Virus record (IMG/VR): IMGVR_UViG_3300044613_003659
Location: 1-64,000 of that record
Origin: a virus
Reading direction: 5' to 3' (one strand)
DNA: 64,000 bases
A program made the position numbers and the translations under genes. The notes under the pieces were generated by a model. It saw only the letters and a program-made list of their open reading frames with translations. It did not search any database and was not told the origin of the DNA. Positions 55,633-64,000 of this stretch are shown in pieces; positions within the stretch are counted from its first letter, which is position 1; each line of letters opens with the position of its first letter.

Positions 55633-55995
55633 TTAAGGTAAAATTTCCCCGGTAAAACTTCCAGGTGTAGACCATTTTGGGTCTTGTAAAAATTCATTGA
55701 ATACCATGTCTAATCCTTCGAAGCTGAAATTTTCAGGAACCTCAATTATATAATCAGTTGATGTTGGTGAATAAGAAAGGCCTTCGGCTGTAAAAGTATT
55801 TAAATGAATTTCTCTTTGATACTTGATAATATTACCCCATTTTTCTACATCTTGGGGATATTTTTCTTTAATCCAGTCTAGCAACTCTTTTAGAATATAA
55901 TTTAAGCTACCAAACTCCGAATCTATTGATGTGTATTTGTCTTGAAATTTAAACGACAATTCATCTGGTACACTAATGGTTATACGAGCTCGCAT
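55633..55995 (-). CDS. Hypothetical protein
   Basis: 120 aa; TATAAATA upstream. Confidence 0.55.
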   Translation of the reverse strand: MRARITISVPDELSFKFQDKYTSIDSEFGSLNYILKELLDWIKEKYPQDVEKWGNIIKYQREIHLNTFTAEGLSYSPTSTDYIIEVPENFSFEGLDMVFNEFLQDPKWSTPGSFTGEILP

Positions 55996-56025
55996 ACGAT
56001 TTTTCCTATTATACAGTTATATTTA

Positions 56026-56050
56026 TAAAAATAGGCACCTAAGTGCCTAT
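56026..56050 (-). terminator. Terminator of tmRNA
   Basis: AATAGGCAC-TTAG-GTGCCTATTTTT. Confidence 0.8.
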
Positions 56051-56370
<320 letters not shown>

Positions 56371-56771
56371 GTTTACTTACGTAAAAACCAAATCATATCT
56401 AAATATTTTTGAAGATGTTTTTCTTGAACGGATTTAGCCCAACTTGGTTGTGGTAAATTCCACCCAATAAATGCACCTACCATAATCCAAAAAATTGTTT
56501 CTAACATTGTACGCTCCTTTGTTTTTTTACATTAGAAAACCATACAAAGCACACCATAATTCAAGAAGAACATAATATCCAGCATATGCTAGTATGCATA
56601 CCACTATTAAATCAACCACTGACCGAATATCATTTATTTTCATCGTCTTTGTTTTCTTTGATCCATTCATAATAGATTAAGCCTAATGCAACGGATATAC
56701 TACCAACTAGTAAAACTCCGAGCAAAAAGCCTACAATAAAATACAAACGGTTTACTTCATCCACCTAATAT

Positions 56772-57329
56772 TTATATCACTAAATGTTTGAAATAACTGT
56801 AATGTTGTTCAAGTGTCCAATTTTCAGAATCAATTTCTGTGCCATCATATGTAATAAATTGACTAGCAAAAACATTGCTGTAGCGACGAAATGGCAACCA
56901 CATGTCAGGAGTATGAGCAGCCCATCCGGCATCTTTTAATAACTCATGTTTGGATCTACTTAATCTTACTGTTGGTGCATTTAAACCTTGTTCAACTGTG
57001 ATTACATTTGCCAATATCAAATCACGTATCCTAGCTGCCGGTATGAGATGTTCAAAATCACAATCTTCGTCGGCGCCCACTTCGTAATAATGAGCTTTCA
57101 TACCATCACGTTGTTTAATACAGTATTCATGATATCTGCGTAGATAGTAATCAATATCGTTGCGTATTTCTCTTAGCAACTGTTGATCATTCTCAACGTT
57201 GTGATATTCTTCTACTAGCCTAACAATGTGCTTAGTGCAGTGTCCTGCTACCGTTCGATAGGTAGCAGGAGATCGCTGAGTCTTACCATAGTTTGGTGCA
57301 GTAAAATTTTCTAGCGATTCTTTAAGCAT
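56772..57329 (-). CDS. Hypothetical protein with HNH-like EHLIP motif
   Basis: Start MLKESLE; DFEHLIP. Confidence 0.55.
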   Translation of the reverse strand: MLKESLENFTAPNYGKTQRSPATYRTVAGHCTKHIVRLVEEYHNVENDQQLLREIRNDIDYYLRRYHEYCIKQRDGMKAHYYEVGADEDCDFEHLIPAARIRDLILANVITVEQGLNAPTVRLSRSKHELLKDAGWAAHTPDMWLPFRRYSNVFASQFITYDGTEIDSENWTLEQHYSYFKHLVI

Positions 57330-57948
57330 GTTTAATAATTTGTGTAATAAAACTACCTTTGAAACTCCAAGCAGGATAATTGTATCCACAATATCCGCTT
57401 CCTTTATAAGACAAAGTTAAATAATCACCCGAAATAGTTCCACACTGTCTGAGATGAGCAGTCAAATTATCTCTTGATGTAGAGTATCTTTTAATTTGTC
57501 TACATATAAAACGATAATCACCATCTAGTTCTTTTTTTACATAGTCAGAAAGTAAATCAAGTTTACACATAGCCCAACCAAGCACTACATATTCAGGCTG
57601 CGGGTAATCAGTCAACTTGTCATATACAACAAAAAGAGTATTCTTCATTTTTCTGTAAGGCTCGCTGTCAAAAAAAGAATAATCGTCGGAAGTAACAATT
57701 TTACGATGTTCTGATTCGGGCATTGTACCTATGCTAATTTTTTTACCCGGCCTTGTGGTTTTTAATTCCCACGAACCAAGGTCAGGACTCCTGTCATTGT
57801 TTGGTAGAATTCCAAAGTTTCGTTCAATAAAAAATCCTACTCTGCCGGTATTATCGTGCATGGTTTGCGAAGAACCATCTTGTTCAATAATAAAAGGCTT
57901 TCTCAAATGCCCAATTCGTTCTTCAATATACTCTTTTGAAGTTTTCAT
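57322..57948 (-). CDS. MutH/Sau3AI-like PD-(D/E)xK endonuclease
   Basis: G..G..IE..FG...N...PDL..WELKT; YL...KGSG. Confidence 0.75.
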   Translation of the reverse strand: MKTSKEYIEERIGHLRKPFIIEQDGSSQTMHDNTGRVGFFIERNFGILPNNDRSPDLGSWELKTTRPGKKISIGTMPESEHRKIVTSDDYSFFDSEPYRKMKNTLFVVYDKLTDYPQPEYVVLGWAMCKLDLLSDYVKKELDGDYRFICRQIKRYSTSRDNLTAHLRQCGTISGDYLTLSYKGSGYCGYNYPAWSFKGSFITQIIKHA

Positions 57949-59000
57949 TAATTTTCCTCCGGGAATAGGCCTGGTGCAATATTGTTTGACTCAATACCTA
58001 TTTTACTGCCTTCCCCGTGATAGGGCAACACAATTGTGCCACCGTTGCGAATATACAACTCTCGCAAAAAGTTACTCATGGCCAACGGAGCATTCCAACC
58101 CGCACCCGGATGACTGTATTCCCATTGGGTCTTTGCTTTACTATGGATCCATTGCGAACTCTTGAATGTCTGTTTGCACTTGGCCAGAACTTCTCGCATC
58201 CAACCCTTGGGCAGCTGGTCCCGCACATTGGTGCTGGACAATCTATACAATTCGTACAATCCAATATAAACACCTTGATCAATTTCTTCCTGCATTTGAA
58301 AAGTTTCTTTAATTGCAGCAAGAATATCGTACAACACTTTGCCCTTTTCGTCGAGTTCAATACCTTTTTGTGCGTATTTAAAATGGCTAAAGAAATACTC
58401 GTTGTCACCACGCAAGGCAGCACTTCTACGAGTGTTTTTATCTTCGAGATCAATACCTAGTGCATCAAATTGGTCCTGCATGACTCGGGCACGAACATTC
58501 TTAATCTCTTTACTACCATTCTTATATCGTACCAAAGCGTTACGATGTAGATCGCCCGGACCCAGTCTACGAACACCTGTGTCGTTGAGCATTTCAAAAG
58601 CCAACGAAGGAAAATTGGGATCATCAGTTTCTACAATGGCACAAGGAATTTCTTTAAAGCCAAGCAAAGTGGCTGCAATAGTACGATGTTGTGCGTCATA
58701 CAAAAAAATACGTCCATCACCACCAATGATACGGCATGCAGAACCCGGCGAGCAAATTCGCGGATCCCACTTCTTCATAATGTTTTTTATGTGCTCGTGT
58801 ATTACGTCCCGTTGTACTTCGTAGTCAATGTAAAGATTGCCAATGGCAACCATGCTACTGGTAGGGAACGTATAGGAGTTTGCATGAGCAGCATTGCACC
58901 ATACATCTAGTTGTTCTTGTGTTACGTTGAAATGAGATTTAAGGGTCTGCTCAACTTCAGCAGCAACATCGGTGAGTTTTCGAACAAGGCGCTTGGCCAT
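57948..59000 (-). CDS. ParB/Srx-superfamily (DGQHR/DUF262-like) protein
   Basis: IDYEVQR and YDAQHRT motifs. Confidence 0.65.
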   Translation of the reverse strand: MAKRLVRKLTDVAAEVEQTLKSHFNVTQEQLDVWCNAAHANSYTFPTSSMVAIGNLYIDYEVQRDVIHEHIKNIMKKWDPRICSPGSACRIIGGDGRIFLYDAQHRTIAATLLGFKEIPCAIVETDDPNFPSLAFEMLNDTGVRRLGPGDLHRNALVRYKNGSKEIKNVRARVMQDQFDALGIDLEDKNTRRSAALRGDNEYFFSHFKYAQKGIELDEKGKVLYDILAAIKETFQMQEEIDQGVYIGLYELYRLSSTNVRDQLPKGWMREVLAKCKQTFKSSQWIHSKAKTQWEYSHPGAGWNAPLAMSNFLRELYIRNGGTIVLPYHGEGSKIGIESNNIAPGLFPEEN

Positions 59001-59077
59001 ATAATATTCTCCTAGTTAATGATGTACAATACATCCTGGAATTAACCGCTCTGTGTACGTGTGACAGAACTAGTTAA

Positions 59078-59102
59078 ATAAGGCGGGACGAGCCCGCCTT
59101 AT
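59078..59102. terminator. Intrinsic terminator
   Basis: ATAAGGCGGG..CCCGCCTTAT. Confidence 0.7.
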
Positions 59103-59119
59103 GCTACAGTTTACAACTA

Positions 59120-59449
59120 TTAGGCTGTGACAGCAGTTTTTGCACCAGCACGGGCTTTGATAGCATCCATGCTTGGCTTGGCACCTTTGACTTTAACAGT
59201 AGGTGCAGCATTGTATTTTGCATCAGCTGCATCAATGGCAGCAGCAAACTCTGGATTCTTGTAAAGATCCGTAGTCTTTAGATGTGTCACCAACTCGCCC
59301 TTGGTCATTGCACGTGGCAATTCAACAAGATTGATATCAGTGTCTGTCTTGGACAAGATCTTGACACGAGTCATGTCGCCAGCAAAGCGAACCTTGTACT
59401 GGCCTTTAGTTTTAGAAACACCACCAACGTTAAAAGTTTTGTCAGTCAT
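59120..59449 (-). CDS. Basic hypothetical phage protein
   Basis: Start MTDKTF after GGAGAG. Confidence 0.65.
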   Translation of the reverse strand: MTDKTFNVGGVSKTKGQYKVRFAGDMTRVKILSKTDTDINLVELPRAMTKGELVTHLKTTDLYKNPEFAAAIDAADAKYNAAPTVKVKGAKPSMDAIKARAGAKTAVTA

Positions 59450-59692
59450 TTTATACTCTCCACAAGTAAGTTGAAAATTTAGATTACTGTTTGTAACCAT
59501 ACCACTATTATATTGCCATTCGAACAACAGGTCAACCTGTTTTTGGTCGGCAATTTAACCAAAATCATTTACTAAGTTCTACTGCTTGAGTTTTGGTAAC
59601 ATTTACAGCCTTATCCAGCATACGAGCAATACCCGCAAAGCCAATGGTAGCTACCACAATGCCAAAAATGGTTCCGTAAATAAAAGTCTTCA

Positions 59693-61397
59693 TTACTTTT
59701 CTCCTACATCTACACTAATTAACATGGCCAATCTATCAGCACAATCACGCAGATCCAAACTCAGTTGACCTTGGCCAATTTCGCGTTCAACTGATCTGGC
59801 GATGTCATGTAATTCAATCACTGACTGTTTTAATTGTTCGTACATTTTTTGCCTTTGGAAACTTAGAACACCAAATACACTTGGTTGAGCTTGTACCATA
59901 AAAGTAAAGACCTAGATCAGCAAATCGACCACCGCAGCCTTTACACTCATATGTTAACATTTCTGGCTCGTTTTGGTCAATTGGTCCATTTGCTGCTTCG
60001 TGCTGCTTTGGACCAAGTTCGCCAGTGATAGCCTGAGACTCCATTAGTTGTAACCAACTTCAAAATCAGGCTCTAACATGTCGGCTTCAAGTACGGCGTC
60101 CTGATAGTTAGTAGCATTAAGCAAAATTGTCTGTCCATGCAAGAAACAGGCCATATACACACCAGTAGACTCGTCGCGTTCTACACTGATCAAAAAATTA
60201 GCCATTACCATTTACCTCCAGTTTGATTGACGTCTAGCAACATGTCATTGTCTTGAAATGCTGCACTCAGTTGTGTTTCTAATACATCTGCTCTAGTAGG
60301 ATAATCAGTTACAAGAATCTGTGCAAGTTGTACGATGCTCTGATTAGACAAAAGAGCTAATTCATTAGCAAGAATTTCAAGTCTGTTCATAGTTCGTCCA
60401 AGTTGATATCACTCAGTTCTTTGGGTTTAGCCTGCGGCCTGCCCCATGCGCTTTGACCTACTTCAGGAGAGCTTTTACCCAACGGTATCTGTTGAATCTC
60501 TCCTCCATTGGCCAAAAAATCTCGAATGGCCTGTTCATAAAGTTCTTTGTCTAATTTCATTACATATTCCCATAATGTTCTGCATCCAGATCGGCTGCAT
60601 GTTCAGCATAATACGTTGGATCTTCGATTTCGTCAAGTATGTCCAACACTTGGCGTACAGAAAGTCCCACGTGATCTGCAATAGCCTGTATTTGCATACC
60701 AGCGAAATCCAACTCACGGATTTCTTGATCAATGTGTTTCCAATAAGTCATATTAACCCCAATCTTTCTTATCGCCGAAACGTTCATTCCATTCGTAACC
60801 GGCCATATACTCAGCTACACTGGCCTCATCCTTGACTTCTACTCGCGGACCTGAGTCGCCGCCTACGCCACCAAAGTGAGCCAACGGCGCACGATGGTAG
60901 TAGCTGTCAGCTGAACCACGATCATACAGACTGCCATGGTTGGCACGAACAAATTGCCATTGTTCCTTGAGGATTTTAAATACACGTTCTTTTTCTGCTT
61001 GCACAATCAACTCCTTATTAATTACTATACCACAATTATAACAAAATGGGTCTTTATGGTCAACTCATTAATTCTTAGGAATACGATACGTAATACCTTG
61101 GGCTGTTACAACTTTTGCAATACCTTCAACCGCATAGTCCTCTTCCAACAATGCTAAATTGCGGCGGTCCTTGACCCGTGGATTTTCTACCTTGATAGTA
61201 ATAAATTTGGCACGTGGGTTAATATAAAAGTTCTTAGCGGAGTAGCAAAGTTCTAGAGCCAACTTCATACGCTCGGCTCTAACACGTTCGGCTTCTGTGT
61301 AATGACTCCACATTGCCGCAGCTCGCATACGAGCGTCGCGGGCAGCGGCATAAGCATAAAAACCAGCACTACGAGTTTCTAGTTCACGCTCTTGCAT
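59693..61397 (-). other. Cluster of small early-type hypothetical genes (e.g. 59814..60044, 60205..60390, 60560..60751, 60753..61010, 61068..61397)
   Basis: Short abutting ORFs with SD sequences behind repeated promoters. Confidence 0.6.
61035..61063 (-). promoter_or_regulatory. Early-type promoter (repeat cassette)
   Basis: TTGACC-17-TATAAT. Confidence 0.8.
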
Positions 61398-61429
61398 TTT
61401 TGCTACTCCTTATTAGTTACTATACCAAT

Positions 61430-61527
61430 ATTATAGCAAAACGGTGAATTATGGTCAACCCAAAAGATTCTGTGCTAAAATGTTGCCCAAAAGCAACAAA
61501 ATTGCCGAGGTTGCAAAGATAGCAACA
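61430..61527 (-). promoter_or_regulatory. Early-type promoter with upstream GTTGC-N6/7-GCAAC palindromes
   Basis: TTGACC-17-TATAAT (61430-61458); palindromes at 61481-61498 and 61509-61527. Confidence 0.75.
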
Positions 61528-61555
61528 AAAGTTGCAATTAATTTAACGGTAGAAA

Positions 61556-62602
61556 TCATACAAAAGTCATAACATAGTTGTCGTAGTATTTGTAGAAATA
61601 ATTAAGACCTAATTCCATTGGATCGTGGACAGGTCCACTGTCGGTGGTGCCTCTACGGTCAAGTTGTCGTCTACCACGATCCATACGTTCGGCAATTTCG
61701 TCATCTTCATCACAGGTCTCCATGTACGCAGCCTGATGTGCTGCTACAAAGTCTGCTTCAAAATGAGCTATTTCTTCCGGGTAGTAAAATTCAACAATGT
61801 TTCTTGTTCGTTGCGGACCTTCGGGCCATAGTGTTGAAATAACAAGCACCTCTGGATACCACTCTACCATGACATTAGGATAGATGGTCAACCAAATAGC
61901 ACCAAAGTCAGGTAGTGCACCACGCCTGTAGTCTAACAAAGCTTTATGCCATGTTTTATAAACAGACGTGCCTGGTGTTTTTAATTGATTGCTGATACCC
62001 ACACTTTGTACACTGTACCATTCGCCAAATTGCCAATCTAATTTATTGCAGTCAACAAAATTACCAAGTCCTGGATGAAATGGAACCACATGGTAATCAT
62101 CCATGTACACTTCAATGAACGTTTTCCAGTTGTAATTGCATACATGTTCTTTTCTAGAATGGAAAACATAACCGGTAAAATCAAAATACCGACCTAATCG
62201 CATGGTATTCAAATCTGATTCTAAATCTGCTATACCGCGACCAAAGTATAATCCGTTCCATGTTTGAGTGCCAAATTTTGTCAAATGCCTTTCCGGACAA
62301 GGATCAAAGTGCGGCGCACCAATTAACTTACCTTCCAAGTCATAAGTCCAACCGTGTAACGGACAAACAATGTTGGCTGTGGTACCGGACCGATTCAACA
62401 TCACAGCCTGTCTATGCCTACAGGTATTTGATATACATTCAATGCCATTCTTGTTACGAATTAACATTCGTGCCGAATCTTCTTGTGGCAATGTATGGTA
62501 ATTGTCTACAAGAAGTTCGTGTGCAAAATACGGTGCGTGTTTGAACAAAATTTGCTCACGACGTAAAATATCGTCGTCAAAGTAAAAATGGCTGTATTTC
62601 AT
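61556..62602 (-). CDS. Rieske non-heme iron oxygenase alpha subunit (choline monooxygenase-like)
   Basis: CRHR...CPLHGW Rieske motif; NWK...DDYHV..FH and distal Asp. Confidence 0.92.
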   Translation of the reverse strand: MKYSHFYFDDDILRREQILFKHAPYFAHELLVDNYHTLPQEDSARMLIRNKNGIECISNTCRHRQAVMLNRSGTTANIVCPLHGWTYDLEGKLIGAPHFDPCPERHLTKFGTQTWNGLYFGRGIADLESDLNTMRLGRYFDFTGYVFHSRKEHVCNYNWKTFIEVYMDDYHVVPFHPGLGNFVDCNKLDWQFGEWYSVQSVGISNQLKTPGTSVYKTWHKALLDYRRGALPDFGAIWLTIYPNVMVEWYPEVLVISTLWPEGPQRTRNIVEFYYPEEIAHFEADFVAAHQAAYMETCDEDDEIAERMDRGRRQLDRRGTTDSGPVHDPMELGLNYFYKYYDNYVMTFV

Positions 62603-62608
62603 TTATTT

Positions 62609-63833
62609 TCATGTAATCTTTGTAGTGTTTAACTGTCTATCATATTGAGATTCAATGCTGTTACTTGGTTCTAGTCCTTTGTATTTAACCGAACTTTCTA
62701 CTGGTAGTCCAAAACGCTGCCTGATGTTTTGGCGGTCGGCCTGACTCATACACATTCTGGCACATTCTTCTGCGATCATTTCGCCAAATCTGCGTCCGGT
62801 ATTCGTCCATAAGGAACTGTGATAGATATTAAAATGTGCCCTATCGGCGATTTCTTTAAAAGGGTCGTCCATATTACCTCGATAGCATTCGTGTAAGTTC
62901 ACAATGAAGTTCATTGACTTCGTCTTGTGGTACATAAAAATCTGTAGTAGGATCCCAATACTCTCCTACTTTGACATCATAATATAGCACACGACCTGTT
63001 GCAAAATAAAATGGACCTTCCAATCCTTTACGTGGTAGCCAACGTTCGTCACGCTTGCCGAGTACGGTGTATCCCATTATTCAACTCCAAAATGTTTTTT
63101 TATTTCCCGAACAGTCAAGTTCACAGGATATTTAACTTCAAAGTCAATCATCAATTGACAACATTCTTTGACAATCAATTCGGCGAACTTTTGATTGTAT
63201 TGTTCAATCCACAGTTCCGGACTCAGTATGCCTTGCGGCACCTGTGTTTTTGCTTGCTCGGCCAACTGTTGAATCAGTTCAGACATCAATCCAACCTTGA
63301 TCCTGCGTAGGCATCGAATCCATACTTGCGGAACACATCGGCCGCAGCTCTGGCACCTGTTTCCAGTGTATCAATGTTCTGCACTGGATAACCTGCCGGA
63401 TTCCAAAGTTGGAATGCCTTGGTATAGTCTTGACGCACACCAGCGGCCTTGAGCATTTTGCCCAACTTGGTATTGCCTTTTACCTTATAAATATTGGTCC
63501 AAGCAAAACCACAAGCATACTGATCTACGCCGCCTAACTTGACACGAAAAAACTCATCCGCAGCCGCATAGGCAGCATCTCTAGCTTCGCGCACAATTGA
63601 GTTAACTTGTTCTTGTGTAAAGTCCATTACGCTGCCTCCCTCATAACATAACCTTCCGCCACATTAAAAAGATTACTACGCTGCCAGTCCCAAAGATCAT
63701 TTATACGATTATACACAGGACCAAATGGATATTCATTACCGTCGGCAGTATAAACTACAGTCTGCCAACCACCTGGTACATTTGCACAGGTAATTTTCAT
63801 TTTATTTCCCCTTGAATACTTTTCGGACATCAC
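62609..63833 (-). other. Cluster of small hypothetical genes (62609..62872, 62874..63077, 63077..63289, 63286..63627, 63627..63801)
   Basis: Translationally coupled short ORFs. Confidence 0.6.
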
Positions 63834-64000
63834 TTAGTGATACCTGCAACTCGAGTGCAATAAAGTCTATGGTTTCGTCCAATTTGCCTTTTGGGTCTTC
63901 TAGGATGTCTGCCAATTGTCTTACTTGTTTTTCAAATTTGCTCATTTTAATCTCCTTGACGATTACATGCTGTAAAAAGATTCGCTGGACGGCGAGCAGT

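Overview
AT-rich, gene-dense segment of a large lytic tailed (jumbo-type) phage genome, mostly on the minus strand, standard genetic code, host probably a freshwater betaproteobacterium (inferred from PqqA, PstS, ErpA, Rieske and DUF3501 sequence flavour). It contains replication and chaperone genes (clamp loader, GroES, a DnaE fragment and a compact DnaE), baseplate and tail-fibre genes, and many auxiliary metabolic genes (PhoH, PstS plus OprO/P porin with a Pho box, ErpA, SOD, rubrerythrin-DUF3501, IF-1, ACP, Rieske and TauD oxygenases, four radical SAM enzymes, a carbamoyltransferase, and a pqqA peptide absent from the ORF track). It also has a permuted two-piece tmRNA and a 13.5-kb array of 27 tRNA or tRNA-like genes, 25 of which form a complete minimal decoding set for all 20 amino acids. 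The most striking observation is at the head of that array: a promoter, a 39-codon leader ORF using all 20 amino acids and all 25 decoding classes of the phage tRNA set, and mutually exclusive antiterminator and terminator hairpins. This looks like a ribosome-stalling attenuator that would switch on phage tRNA transcription when almost any tRNA becomes limiting. All calls are by eye; no searches were run.
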